NCBI GenBank assembly: GCA_963749495.1 | Contig: CAVVMW010000006.1 | Coordinates: 1,088,001 to 1,152,000 of the forward strand | DNA: 64,000 nt | Direction: 5' to 3' | Source of the DNA: an uncultured bacterium | GTDB taxonomy: Bacteria; Verrucomicrobiota; Verrucomicrobiia; Limisphaerales; UBA8199 | In this document: positions 1 to 10,658 of the stretch, in pieces | Layout of the letters: every line of letters begins with the position of its first letter | How positions within the stretch are numbered: the stretch's first letter is position 1 | The notes under the pieces: model-generated | Seen by the model: only the letters and a program-made list of their open reading frames with translations | Databases searched by the model: none | What the model was told of the DNA's origin: nothing | Position numbers and translations under genes: made by a program

Positions 1-1560
1 GTCCTGGTGCGTACCGGTATTTCCCTGGTGAGCGTGGCCAACGCCCGGCTCAACCTCGAGCAGGAGATGGCCCAGCCCTTCGGGTGGGACTTCGCAGCCG
101 TGGTGTCGAACCAGCGCTGCGTCTGGAACCAGTTGTTCGATCGCGTGGAAATTACGACATCCGACGCCCGGGAGAAAAGCCGGTTCTATTCCAACCTTTA
201 CCGCGCCCTGAGCGGCCGCAACACCTGGAGCGACGCCAATGGGCAGTGGACCGATCCCGATGGGCGCCGCCAGAAGCTCGACGACCCCGACACGGTTATG
301 CTGGGTTCCGATGCATTGTGGACGACCTTTTGGAACCTGAACCAAGTGATGAACTTGCTGGCCCCCGAGTGGTCCGCGCGGTGGACCAAATCGGAACTCC
401 AACTCTATGACAAATGCGGCTGGCTATCCAAGGGCCCGGGGGGGTTGAAATATATCAGTGTGATGGTGGCTGAGCATGAGATTCCCCTCATGGTCGCGGC
501 CTGCCAGCATGGGGTCAAAGGCCTGGACGCCAGGAAAGTGCTCGAGGCGGCTCTAAAGATGCAAACGAGGCTTCCGCAGTTGTATCCCGCCGGTGGCGCC
601 GTCGGCAACGAGAACCTCGAGAACTACCTCAAGTATGGCTACGTCGCCGAGGACGGGCCGGTGGTGCAAGGCCCTGTCAAAGGCGAATGGCGCAAATCCT
701 GGTGTTCCAACACCTACGAGTACGCCTACGACAACTGGTGCGTCGCGCAACTCGCCCTGGCGCTCGGACGCAAGGACATCGCGGACCAGTTCTTGAAACG
801 TTCGCGGAGTTGGCGAAACGTCTTCGATCCGGAGACCGGATTTGCCCGGCCGCGCAAGGCCAACGGCCAATGGGTCACTCCGTTCGATCCGTATCGGACG
901 CCAGGTTTTGTAGAAGGCAACGCATGGCAATACACGTGGTTTGTCCCGCAGGATGTGCCGGGCCTGGTCGAGGCCATGGGGCGCGACCGATTCATCAGCC
1001 GGCTAACCGAGGCCTTCGAGAAGTCCGCCCCCACCCGCTTCAACGCCGCGGGCGAACGTTTTGCCGACTACCCTATCAATCAGGGCAACCAACCGACCAT
1101 GCACGCTGCCTGGCTGTTCAACTGGGCCGGAAAACCTCGGATGAGCCAGGAGTGGGTGCGGGCAGTTTTGGGGGCCTACTACGGCCATAACCCGGCCGAT
1201 GCTTACCTTGGCGATGAAGACCAGGGCCAGATGAGTGCCTGGTTTGTGATGTCTTCGCTCGGCTTGTTTCAAACCGATGGCGGCTGCCGGGTCAGTCCGA
1301 TCTATGAAATCGGCAGCCCGCTCTACGCTAAAATCGCGCTCCATTTCTCAGAGCACCACTACGGCGGCAAGACCTTCACTATCGTGGCCCGGAACTCCTC
1401 ACGGCAGAACCGGTTCATCCAATCCGCCCGGCTTAACGGCCAGCCCCTGAACCGCTGGTGGATTCGGCAGAAAGAAGTCGTGCAAGGGGGACAATTGGAG
1501 CTCGAACTCGGTCCCACCCCTGACACGGAATGGGCTGGGACGTGCCTCCCGCCGGACTGA
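1..1560 (+). CDS. GH92 family alpha-mannosidase, C-terminal part (5' end outside window)
   Basis: GH92-type motifs SNTYEYAYDNWC, GFVEGNAWQYTWFVPQD, QGNQP, GDEDQGQMSAWFV. Confidence 0.92.
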   Translation, partial: VLVRTGISLVSVANARLNLEQEMAQPFGWDFAAVVSNQRCVWNQLFDRVEITTSDAREKSRFYSNLYRALSGRNTWSDANGQWTDPDGRRQKLDDPDTVMLGSDALWTTFWNLNQVMNLLAPEWSARWTKSELQLYDKCGWLSKGPGGLKYISVMVAEHEIPLMVAACQHGVKGLDARKVLEAALKMQTRLPQLYPAGGAVGNENLENYLKYGYVAEDGPVVQGPVKGEWRKSWCSNTYEYAYDNWCVAQLALALGRKDIADQFLKRSRSWRNVFDPETGFARPRKANGQWVTPFDPYRTPGFVEGNAWQYTWFVPQDVPGLVEAMGRDRFISRLTEAFEKSAPTRFNAAGERFADYPINQGNQPTMHAAWLFNWAGKPRMSQEWVRAVLGAYYGHNPADAYLGDEDQGQMSAWFVMSSLGLFQTDGGCRVSPIYEIGSPLYAKIALHFSEHHYGGKTFTIVARNSSRQNRFIQSARLNGQPLNRWWIRQKEVVQGGQLELELGPTPDTEWAGTCLPPD

Positions 1561-1570
1561 CCGTTGCCGG

Positions 1571-2950
1571 CTATCCCAGCCGCCGCTGGAGTTCCTCCAG
1601 CGAGAGGCCTTTGGTCTCGGGAAAGAACATCAGCACCAGGACGAACTGGGCAGCCATCATCGCGGCGAAAAAGGCGAAGGCATAAGCTCCCGAGGCGCCC
1701 GCCACCACCGGGAACGACCAACTGACTCCCAGGTCCAGCACCCACAACAGAATGCAGGCCGCCGCCGAACCGGAGGCGCGCACGGCGTTGGGAAGCACTT
1801 CGTTGATGCAGACCCAGACGACGGCCCCCTGCGAGTAGGCGTGCGAACCCACGATGCCCATCATGGCCGCAAGGACAATCCAGCCGTGAGCGTGGGTCTG
1901 GAACACCCAGGCCGCCAGGCCATGGGAAATCATGAATGTGATGGAGCCGGCCAGCAGCAGGGCTTTGCGGCCCACGCGATCGATGAGCGCCATCGCCACC
2001 AGCGTCATGACCAAATTAGTCGCCCCGACCATCACTGACAACATCAGGGCGCTGTTCTTGTCCGAGCCGGTCATGCGGAAAATGTCGGCCGTGTAGTAAG
2101 TCACGGCGTTGATGCCATCGAGTTGGTTGAAGGCCGCTATCATGAAGGCGAGCAGCAACGGCTTGAGGTACTTGCGCTGGAAGAGCCGTTGATGAGCGCC
2201 AGCCATCTCCTCCCGAAGCGAGGCCTCGATTTCCCCCAACTCGGCTGCCGGCTCGCCATGGCCCAACCGGACCAGCACGGCCCTGGCTTCGGTGGACCGC
2301 CCCTTCTTAACGAGCCAGCGCGGGCTTTCCGGAATCACGGCCGCCGCCAGCACAAAGACCACCGAGGGAACCGTCATGACGCCGAACATCCACCGCCATA
2401 CAGCGGGATTGTCAGCGCCCACCAGCCGGGCCACGACGTAGTTGGAAAAATAGGACAGTAGAACACCGATAACGATATTCAACTGGCTGACCGCAACCAG
2501 CACCCCGCGCCGATGTGCCGGGGCGATCTCGGTGATATAAACCGGACAGACGACCGACGCAGCCCCAACGGCCACACCCCCCAGCCAGCGGAACACCAGC
2601 AAGGCGTACCAACTCCACGCCCCGGCACAGCCGACCGAGGAGACCAGAAACAACCCCGCCAGCAACCCCAGCACGCGGCGACGCCCCCACCAGTCCGCCG
2701 GGCGCCCCGCCAGGAGCGCGCCGGCCATCGTGCCAAACAGCGCGCTGGACACGGTGAATCCGAGCGTGTTGTCGTTCAGCTCGAAGACCGTCCGCAACGA
2801 CGCCGTGGTGCCGGAAATGACCGCTGTGTCGAATCCGAACAGGAATGAGCCCAACGAAGCCAGGAGAGCGCTCGCGAGCAACCTGCCGCTGCCGGCCCCG
2901 GCTTGGGGCGGTTGGAGTTCGTTCTCGCGGTGGAGCGCGCTGGTCGCCAT
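1571..2950 (-). CDS. Sugar porter family MFS transporter (XylE/AraE-like)
   Basis: GSFLFGFDTAVISG, DWWGRR, PESPRWL, NQLDGINAV and PETKGLSLEEL motifs; many hydrophobic helices; start taken at MATSALH. Confidence 0.93.
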   Translation of the reverse strand: MATSALHRENELQPPQAGAGSGRLLASALLASLGSFLFGFDTAVISGTTASLRTVFELNDNTLGFTVSSALFGTMAGALLAGRPADWWGRRRVLGLLAGLFLVSSVGCAGAWSWYALLVFRWLGGVAVGAASVVCPVYITEIAPAHRRGVLVAVSQLNIVIGVLLSYFSNYVVARLVGADNPAVWRWMFGVMTVPSVVFVLAAAVIPESPRWLVKKGRSTEARAVLVRLGHGEPAAELGEIEASLREEMAGAHQRLFQRKYLKPLLLAFMIAAFNQLDGINAVTYYTADIFRMTGSDKNSALMLSVMVGATNLVMTLVAMALIDRVGRKALLLAGSITFMISHGLAAWVFQTHAHGWIVLAAMMGIVGSHAYSQGAVVWVCINEVLPNAVRASGSAAACILLWVLDLGVSWSFPVVAGASGAYAFAFFAAMMAAQFVLVLMFFPETKGLSLEELQRRLG

Positions 2951-3186
2951 GCCTGGCACGACCTTAGCCGACCCCGGCGAGCAAAGGCAAGCTGGACGCG
3001 GCAGGGCTGCCCGCCTCTGCCTGCTTCTGCACAATGGCTGAAACACGAGGCCTGCCATTTCCCTCAGCTTTGTCGGTGAAGTCCGAATCCATGTGCGCCA
3101 ATCCGAGGAAGGCCCTGGCGATTTTCTCAACTCCCTCCCTGGTCAATCTGGTTCTCAGCTTGCGGCCGCTGATCCTGCGCGGATAT

Positions 3187-3279
3187 TTGAATCCGCCCAG
3201 CGCCATCGCAGACACCTCCTGGATCAAGCCCGGCAAGACCTCCTGGGATTGGTGGAACGGGTCCCAGGCCAGGGGCGTG
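3187..3279 (+). pseudogene. Short fragment of a GH97 glycoside hydrolase
   Basis: LNPPSAIADTSWIKPGKTSWDWWNG resembles a conserved GH97 segment; flanks are unrelated. Confidence 0.65.
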
Positions 3280-3341
3280 GCGCGGTGGACGGGCACGACG
3301 GTCTGGGTCCGCCCAGCGGTCATCAGACAGGCCCCGCTGTT

Positions 3342-3914
3342 CCTCGGCGAACGTTTGCCGGGCAGATACGGGCTGTCCAGGCGCTTGGCCATGACGCCTT
3401 CCAAACCCAGGCGCATGGCCTGCGCGAAAAGCTGGCACCCGTGGGTACGCACTCCTTCGGGCACCAGGACCCCCGGCAGCGGGAACCGCGCGATGAAAGC
3501 TTGCAGCGCCTCGCGCCGAAGGCTGAAGGGCGAGGCCATGAGCCACTTGCCCTTCAGATAAAGCAAATCGAAAACCATGTAGGTCGCCGGGCTGATGCGG
3601 CTCACAAACTCGATCCGCTGGCGGTTTTCCAGGAGCGCTCGCTGTTGGACCTGCCGCAACGATGGCCTGCCTTCCTCCAACACCACCAACTCCCCGTCCA
3701 GGACAGTGCCTGAGGGCAGCTGCTCCAGGCAGGCCAACTCGGGGAACTGGAACGTGAGGTCCAACCCGCGGCGGCTCTGCAACCGAACCCGCCCGGCTTC
3801 GACCAGGGCCAGGCACCGGATGCCGTCCCACTTGATCTCAAACACATGGTCTTGGGAATCAAACGGGGCCTGGGCCTTCTGCGCGAGCATGGGGGCAAGA
3901 ACGGGGGCCAGCAT
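3342..3914 (-). pseudogene. ligD: ATP-dependent DNA ligase (LigD-type adenylation domain), 3'-truncated
   Basis: LAPMLA, FEIKWDGIR (motif I), VLDGELV, YMVFDLL, EGVMAKR..SPYLPGKRS; the expected WLKIK motif and OB domain are missing, and the frame runs on into unrelated sequence to 2964. Confidence 0.85.
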
Positions 3915-3917
3915 ATT

Positions 3918-4415
3918 TCAGTTGCGGATTCGGCGCAGCCAGGGCCGGATCAGGAACGAGAACGCCTCGGCCTTTTTCACTTTGCTGAGCAACAGCCCGG
4001 GCCTGCCCGCCGGCCAGATGAAGCTCACCTGAAAATACGCGCCGTGGCCAACCACGCCCAGGCAGTCCCTCTGGACGGGAGGCCCCAGCGCCCGGACGAT
4101 CTCGTGCATTTCCGAGCGGAGTTGCCTCCGGAGCAGGTCGTCGGCCCAGGCATCGCGCTTGGGCGCCGGTTTGGTCAAGAGCAGGTAGGTTTGAGCGGCC
4201 AGGGTTGCGCGCAGCCGAACCTCCCAGACCTGGTGGTAGGGCTGCTTCTCGACGGAGCTGACCCGGAACCCGATATGGGTGAGCCGCTGTTTGAGCAGCT
4301 CATGGTAGAAAAAGTCGCCGGAGTGATAATAGGCCCCGCACCGGCTCAGGATCTTTTCCAGGGCCTTATCGTTGACTGGCGGCGAGCAGGCGGGTGAAAT
4401 CACGGGCCGTTTCAT
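3918..4415 (-). CDS. Hypothetical protein between Ku and ligD remnants
   Basis: 165 aa ATG ORF whose stop lies 3 nt before the ligase start; no recognised motif. Confidence 0.55.
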   Translation of the reverse strand: MKRPVISPACSPPVNDKALEKILSRCGAYYHSGDFFYHELLKQRLTHIGFRVSSVEKQPYHQVWEVRLRATLAAQTYLLLTKPAPKRDAWADDLLRRQLRSEMHEIVRALGPPVQRDCLGVVGHGAYFQVSFIWPAGRPGLLLSKVKKAEAFSFLIRPWLRRIRN

Positions 4416-4498
4416 GGGCGCGGGTCCAACGCGGGAGGCCGGAGCCGACCTCCCGAGCGGGGTGCGTTAAGCTGGCGGGTTGAGGGGACCGACCTGGT

Positions 4499-4915
4499 TC
4501 ACGCGGCCAGCGCTAGTCGCTTGCGCCCGTTCCTGCGCAGCACCGGCTGGGGCGTCGCCTCGGCTTGCGCCACGCTCTGCCGCAGCGCCTCCATCAGGCT
4601 GGCGACCTGGCCGGCCGGGCTGCGCGGCACCAGCACCGGGGCGGTGCCCTCGACCTTGGCCTTGATCAGGTCCAGCACCGCAGCCTGGTAGCGGTCCGCG
4701 AAGTTAGCCAGGTTCAACGCGCCGGACTTGCTCTCGATGAGCCGCCGGGCGAGCACCACCTGGGCGGCATCCGCCGAACGCTCGGCAACGTCCTCGAAGC
4801 AGGCGGCGGCGGGCCGGACCTCGGCCACGGACCGCAGCGTGAAGCAGACAAAGCCCTTGCCCAGGGGCTTCAGGGCCAGCGGGGTTTCCTTGCCGCCGAA
4901 CACCTGCCCGAACCC
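4499..4915 (-). pseudogene. ku: Ku (NHEJ end-binding protein), C-terminal half only
   Basis: [59 protein letters not shown] plus a basic tail; N-terminal half absent. Confidence 0.8.
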
Positions 4916-5049
4916 ATCCCGATGCGCAATCGCCGGCCAGCTCGTATTCGCCGCGCGGACTTCTTGAGCTTGGTCCAGGTCGCGCCGGTACTCGTTGCTG
5001 CCCCAGGCCACGGTGGGAGCCAGGAACTTCTTGAGTTCGGCTTTGAGGC

Positions 5050-5213
5050 CGGTTGGCTTTCGCCGCTGCCAGCAACGTCGTCCCTGAGCCTGCGAACGGG
5101 TCCAGAACAGTGTCCCCGACAAAACTGAACATGCGCACGAGTCGTGAGGCTAGCTCAAGTGGGTAGGGTGCCGGATGCTCCAGGGTGCTTGCGCCGGTGA
5201 GTTTCCAGGTCTG
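5050..5213 (-). pseudogene. N4/N6 DNA methyltransferase fragment
   Basis: My translation: [48 protein letters not shown] (SAM-binding motif I region); TAG immediately upstream. Confidence 0.8.
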
Positions 5214-5220
5214 CTATCGC

Positions 5221-5308
5221 CCCGGCGCGCTTCACGGGGGTCTGTGACCGGGGTCAATTGGATCCGCCTGGGACTGACCACCGGCCGGGAACACAACGCG
5301 CGCACCAG
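5221..5308 (+). pseudogene. DUF4338/DruA-like fragment
   Basis: PARFTGVC..NWIRLGLTTGR with a frameshift resembles the RFxGTCYxAANWxxxGxTxGR motif. Confidence 0.5.
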
Positions 5309-5423
5309 TCGGGAGTCCCATTTGGCCCGGGCGGTTTCCGGCCTCGTGCCTTCCGGTTGTGCTTGGCTTCTTCGCAAATGCCTCGTACACCGAGGCAAAC
5401 GCTATGCTCGAACCAAATTCACT

Positions 5424-6753
5424 ATGAACTCAAACGCGTCGTTGACCTCCTCCGCTACCAGCCGCCGAAGCTTCCTCAAGACCTCCGCCGCGCTGGCGAG
5501 CGCGGCCACTCTCGGCCAGCTTGGCATTGAACGCGGTGCTCACGCCACCGGAAGCGATACCATCCGGATCGGCCTCATCGGTTGCGGCGGACGCGGCACC
5601 GGGGCTGCCCGCAATGCCCTGAACGCGGGCAAAGACATCCGCCTGGTTGCGCTGGCCGACATCTTCGACGAACGCCTCACGGCCGGCCTGCAGCAACTCA
5701 AAAACGCAAGGCCGGACCAGGTCGAAGTGAAGGACGACCATTGCTTCATCGGCTTCGACGCTTACCAGCGGCTCATCGGCAGCGGGGTGGACGTCGTCTT
5801 GATCGCCCCCGCCTCCCATTTCATTCCGGTCATGCTCCAGGCCGCCGTGACCGCCGGCAAACACGTCTTCTGTGAAAAGCCGCACGGCATCGACATGCCT
5901 GGGCTCGAAGATCTCCGTGGCCGCGTGCGAGGCGGCGAAAGCCAGGGGGTTAAGCCTCGTGTCGGGCCTCTGCTGGCGCTACGACCTCGGTGTGCGCGAG
6001 ACGATGAAACGCGTTCACGACGGAGCCATTGGCGACATCGTCGCCATCCAGGAAACTTACGTCAGCACGCCCTATATCGTGCGCGACCGCCGTCCGGGCC
6101 AGAGCGAAATGGAATACCAGATGTGGAATTGGTACCACTTCAACTGGCTCTCGGGCGACCAGACCGCCCAGCAGCTCATTCACAGCCTGGACAAAGCCTC
6201 CTGGGCGCTGGGAGACAAGCCTCCCAAGCAGGCCTGGGGCATGGGAGGACGCCAAACCTGCCTCGCCCCGAAATACGGAGACCAGTTTGACCATCAGTGC
6301 GTCATCTTCGAGTATGAAAACGGCGCGCGGGTGTATGGCTTTTGCCGTGACCAGGATGCCTGTTACAGCAAGACCGCCGACTATATTCTCGGCGCCAAGG
6401 GCCGGTGCAACCTTATAGATTGCACCATCCAGGGAGAGCAGCGCTGGCATTACGACGGGCCGCGCCCGGACTTCTACGACAACGAGCACCGGGAGCTTTT
6501 CGACTCGATCCGCTCGGGCAAACCCATCAACAACGGGCATTACATGTGCCTCAGCAGCGCACTGGCGATCGTGGCCCAGATGGCCTGCTACAGTGGCCAG
6601 TTCGTTCTTTGGGAGGAGGCCGTGCAATCCAAAAGGTCCTTCTCGCTGCCCCGTTACGGTTGGGATGTGGAGCCGCCTCTCAAGCCCGACCCCGATGGCC
6701 GTTATTCCACGGCGATGCAGGGCCAGGCCGAAATGGACAAATGGCAGATGTAA
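5424..6753 (+). CDS. Tat-exported Gfo/Idh/MocA oxidoreductase (frameshift near 5907)
   Basis: SRRSFLK Tat motif, IGLIGCGGRGTGA, HVFCEKP; continues in the 5872..6753 frame (WLSGDQ..IHSLD) after one extra base. Confidence 0.88.
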
Positions 6754-6910
6754 CGCTGCCGGCAATGCCCTGACATTTATGCACACAAAGCCTTACTAAA
6801 TATACCCTTGCAGTTTATGAGATGACGTCATCAAAACCGTTTTACGGACGGAGTTTCCTTCAACGGGCGCCTTGCCGTCAACCGCCGAGTCGCCGATTCG
6901 CTCTGGAAGG

Positions 6911-6956
6911 TGGTGGAGCCGACAGGGCTTGAACCTGCCACCTTCGAATATGCCAG
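6911..6956 (-). pseudogene. 3' half of a degenerate tRNA-Ala-like gene (possible att scar)
   Basis: Minus strand TGGCATATTCGAAGGTG GCAGG TTCAAGC CCTGT CGGCTCC A CCA: T-arm, acceptor 3' strand with U70 and A73, CCA; no 5' half. Confidence 0.6.
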
Positions 6957-6963
6957 CTTGAAC

Positions 6964-7176
6964 ATGAATGCCAAATGTCCCAACGCAAAAACCGTGAACG
7001 CGCAACGCTGCACCTGCACCTACGCGGGCTGCCCCAGGCACGGACACTGCTGTGATTGCCTGCACTACCACTTGAGCGAGCGCCAACTCCCGGCGTGCTG
7101 CTTTCCGCCCGAGGTCGAACGCACTTACGACCGCAGCTTCGAGCGGTTTGCCCAATGCGTGAGCGGGCGCGCGTGA
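6964..7176 (+). CDS. Small Cys-rich protein (DUF6485-like)
   Basis: CTCTYAGCPRHGHCCDCLHYH..LPACCFPPEVERTYDRSFERF. Confidence 0.75.
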   Translation: MNAKCPNAKTVNAQRCTCTYAGCPRHGHCCDCLHYHLSERQLPACCFPPEVERTYDRSFERFAQCVSGRA

Positions 7177-7391
7177 CGGTTCTCGGGGCGCCCGGCCCAA
7201 TCGGCATCGCGCTGATGGGCCACAAGCTCCGCCAGCAGGCCGACGAGTGGCCAGCGCCGCCCGGAGCCGCCCCGACCAACGTGATGGCCCCGACCATGGC
7301 GGGACCGACGGCACGGGTTTTACGACCCTGCATAGCTTCACTTCGTTGCCATACCGAATGACTTGGTTCGATCCAGGCGCGGGTCTAACTG

Positions 7392-8060
7392 TTACTGGTC
7401 CAGAAACGTAGGTTGGAGAAATGCTGACAGAAGTCCACGTAGAGGGGTTACTGAGCAATCCGTGGGATGCACTACAGAGGGACGGCCCCTCACCCCGGCC
7501 CTCTCCCCATCCGATGGGGAGAGGGAGCATGCTTGGTTGCCGCAGCCTGTAGGGCAAGTTGACGACCGGGTAATAAGCCTAACATCCCGGTCGTTATGCC
7601 AGCCCTCGCCTGCGCCGACGGTTACCGTCCCTGGGAGCATCACCGGTCCTCCGTTGAAGGTGACTGTCACTGTGCGGGTTTGCCACATTTTTGGCCCCGT
7701 GCCCAGGGGATCAACCAGATTCACCGGGGCACCCCCCACGTAGGCGTAAAGGTTGGCCGAACCGCTGGAAAAACCGACTGGGTCACGCGCCGTCCAGCGT
7801 CAAGTTGCCGACTTCGTCATAGGCATACTGCGTGGCCTGACCGTTGAGCGTGCGCGTGGCAAGGTCTCCGTTGGCCGTGTAGGCATAATCGGCATTGACA
7901 ATGGACGATTGACGATGCACCAACCGGTCCTGGACATCATAGGTGGAGATTTCCTGTTGCGCGCTTCGAGTGGCGTTCGTGCAGTTGCCGTTGGCGTCAT
8001 AGCTGTAGCTCGCCGTTGTCGCGCCATTCTGCGTGACGTTGGTTAGCCGGCCTGCCAAGC
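7392..8060 (-). pseudogene. Rhs/YD-repeat protein remnant with core end and tip fragment
   Basis: YSYDANGN, TYDVQDRL and YAYDEVGNL repeats, then in another frame RWTARDPVGFSSGSANLYAYVGGAPVNLVDPLG. Confidence 0.8.
7486..7526. repeat. REP-like palindrome
   Basis: cccctcaccccggc cctctccccat ccg atggggagagg hairpin. Confidence 0.6.
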
Positions 8061-8386
8061 CTAGCCGATGCTGCATTCACGGTCTCCGGATAGGATGCCC
8101 CCGAGGATCACCATGCACGCCGGCCGAGTCGAAACGCTGGTCCGATAGGATAGATCTGGTAGCACCAGTGTATGGATTTGGTTGACTGCTGCAAAACATG
8201 TCGGACGAAACCGTGGATTTAGGCCAATACTGATGGATTTGTCGGCGAGATGCGCCGGATCCAGGTGCCATGGCGGCCAATCTGCTCCGACAGCCTCTCC
8301 TGCACGTCCCCGGCGGAATAGTTACGAATTTTGGTTGAGCAAAGCGCGCAGTTTTGGTATCCGACGAGTTGAGTGAATGGCCGAAT

Positions 8387-9373
8387 ATGAACGAAGCATC
8401 GGGCATGGGGCGTCGCGAGAGCTTGGTCGGGGAGCTGCGGGGCTGCTGGGAACGGCTGCCGAACAAGGGGCTGTTCGTGACGTTGCTGGCCGGGTGGGCG
8501 GCGTTGTTCCACTTCGCGGGCAACTCGACGCTGGGCTACGTGCGTTCGCGGTCGTTGTTCGCGTTCATGCTCGATGCGTATGGTGAGCTTTTGGTGGTCC
8601 CGTTGGTGGTGCTGGGGCTGTATTGGTGGAAGCGGAAAGAACTGATGGGGCTGACGCTGGGGTTGTGGCCGCCGGGACTGCTGCTGATCGGCCTGGCGGC
8701 GGCGCTACACGTGTTCGCGTTCCTGGTGCAGCAGCCCAAATTGTCCATCCTCGCCATGTTGGCGGGGCTTTACGGAGTGATGGGGCTGGCCTGGGGAGCG
8801 GCGTGGCTGAGGCGCGGTTTTTCCCCGTTTTTCCTGCTGGTCTTTTGCGTGCCGCTGGGCGAGGTGGCGCAGCCGGTGACGTTTCATCTGCGGCTGCTGA
8901 CTTGCCAGTTGGTGGACTTTGTGGCCAACTATCTGCTGGCCATTGACGTGCAGCGGCAGGGCACGGCGCTGATGAACCAGGCCGGCCACTACCAGTACCA
9001 GGTGGAAGCGGGGTGCAGCGGGATGCACAGCCTGATAGCGACGGTGGGATTGGCGCTGGTGTTTGCGTTCGTCTGGTTTCGGGCGTGGTGGAAGCGGGCG
9101 GCGCTGGTGGCGGTGGCGTTTCCGTTGGCGGTGCTGGGCAACCTGGCGCGGATGCTGGCGATCATCATCGCGGCGGAGATGGGCGGCCAGGCGGCCGGAA
9201 ACAAGGTCCACGAGGGCGGTCCGCTGGGTGTCTATAGCCTGATGCCCTACGCGCTGGCGTTCGCGGGCCTGTCGCTGGCGGGGCACTGGCTGCGGGAACG
9301 CCCCGCCGAGAATGGCGAATCCGGCGGCCCTGAGCCGGAGGGCAAGACGACATGGACCGAACCAAATGGATAA
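8387..9373 (+). CDS. Exosortase (EpsH/Xrt family)
   Basis: Multi-[13 protein letters not shown] (Cys), GNLARM (Arg) and KVHE (His) triad. Confidence 0.88.
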   Translation: MNEASGMGRRESLVGELRGCWERLPNKGLFVTLLAGWAALFHFAGNSTLGYVRSRSLFAFMLDAYGELLVVPLVVLGLYWWKRKELMGLTLGLWPPGLLLIGLAAALHVFAFLVQQPKLSILAMLAGLYGVMGLAWGAAWLRRGFSPFFLLVFCVPLGEVAQPVTFHLRLLTCQLVDFVANYLLAIDVQRQGTALMNQAGHYQYQVEAGCSGMHSLIATVGLALVFAFVWFRAWWKRAALVAVAFPLAVLGNLARMLAIIIAAEMGGQAAGNKVHEGGPLGVYSLMPYALAFAGLSLAGHWLRERPAENGESGGPEPEGKTTWTEPNG

Positions 9374-10077
9374 GCCTGGCGGCGGCGCTGGCGATAATGG
9401 CTGCCACGATGGGGACATTGGCCTACGCGCGGGCCCACCAGAGACTGGGCCGGCCTGGGGTCAAGACCAGCCCGCTGGCCGACGGCCGGCGGATGCACGT
9501 GGAGTTGCCGGAGCAGGTGCTGGACTACAGCTCGCGCGAGCTGGAGATGGACAAAGTGGTGGTGGATTTTCTGCCGCCCGACACGAGCTTCGGACAGCGG
9601 TTCTACACCGCGCCGGACCGTTTCCAGGTTCGCGCCAGTGTGGTGCTGATGGGGGCGGACCGGACGAGCCTGCACAAACCGGAGTATTGCCTTGTCGGGT
9701 CGGGGTGGCGGATAGACGAGGGCAAATCGGCGGAGGAAAAGGTGCGGATCGAGCGGCCGCGGCCCTACGATTTGCCGGTGATGAAACTGGTGACGACGAT
9801 GGCCAACTCGGGCCAGGACGCCAGCGCCGGGTCGCGGGCGCTGTATGTTTATTGGTTCGTGGCCGACGGGGAGTACACGGCGCGGCATTCGCAACGGATG
9901 TGGTGGATGGCGCGGGACCTCTTGCGCACCGGAGTGCTGCAACGGTGGGCCTATGTGGCCTGCCTGGCCACCTGCCCCCCGGGCGAGGAAGGGCCGACTT
10001 TCGAGCGGATGAAGAAGTTCATCGCCGCGGCGGTCCCGCAGTTCCAGTTGACGCCGGGCGTTCGGCCCGGGCCATGA
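9352..10077 (+). CDS. Exosortase-associated EpsI family protein
   Basis: N-terminal [26 protein letters not shown]; overlaps the exosortase stop. Confidence 0.82.
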   Translation: MDRTKWISLAAALAIMAATMGTLAYARAHQRLGRPGVKTSPLADGRRMHVELPEQVLDYSSRELEMDKVVVDFLPPDTSFGQRFYTAPDRFQVRASVVLMGADRTSLHKPEYCLVGSGWRIDEGKSAEEKVRIERPRPYDLPVMKLVTTMANSGQDASAGSRALYVYWFVADGEYTARHSQRMWWMARDLLRTGVLQRWAYVACLATCPPGEEGPTFERMKKFIAAAVPQFQLTPGVRPGP

Positions 10078-10245
10078 TCAAGCTCACCTCGCCGGGGCCG
10101 GTGTTCAAGCTCAGCGCGGACCCGCGGGTGAGGAGGTTGGGGCGGGGGTTGCGCAAGTTCAGCGTGGACGAGTGGCCGCAGTTGGTCAACGTGCTGCGCA
10201 GGGAGATGAGCCTGGTGGGGCGGCGGCCACTGCCCGTGTATTTGC
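10074..10245 (+). pseudogene. Collapsed priming sugar transferase (WcaJ/WbaP-type) fragment
   Basis: [10 protein letters not shown] joined directly to [41 protein letters not shown]. Confidence 0.75.
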
Positions 10246-10314
10246 GGGAAAGGCTCCACGACTCACCGCGCTCCCAGGTCTCTAAATGTGAACGGGTTTA
10301 CATCTCGGTTTCAC

Positions 10315-10600
10315 ATGTCCATTGGTTTAAGCGGTTGTGTTTGCCTGACGATTATGCGGCGGCCACCGTAGAAACCATTTGCAATGAGTTTCTGGTGCTG
10401 CCTGCGAAACTGGCCAAGCACGGAAGCCGGAATGTGCTGCAGCTTCCCAGCGATTATCACCACCGCGAGATTTTCCTGGAGGCCGTCCGGAAGATCGAGG
10501 CGCTGTGGTTCCCCGAACTGGCGGAGGGAGAAAAACTCGGTCTTGTGAGTAGCCGCCGATAGAAATGTGCGATTTTTCGGGAGTTTCACCGAACTCCGGC
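10315..10600 (+). mobile_element. IS1380-family transposase 3' fragment and right end
   Basis: [37 protein letters not shown] resembles the IS1380 transposase C-terminus; followed by ..gaactccgg. Confidence 0.6.
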
Positions 10601-10617
10601 ACCGGCGGTGCCTTTTT
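10598..10617 (+). terminator. Possible intrinsic terminator
   Basis: GGCACC-ggc-GGTGCC followed by TTTTT. Confidence 0.35.
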
Positions 10618-10658
10618 GAGATTGACTGACAAGTCTTGAGCTTTATACACTCACTGCC

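Noticed and set aside
5221..5308. Druantia anti-phage system
   Set aside because: Only a ~30-codon frameshifted DUF4338-like shard; no helicase or other dru genes
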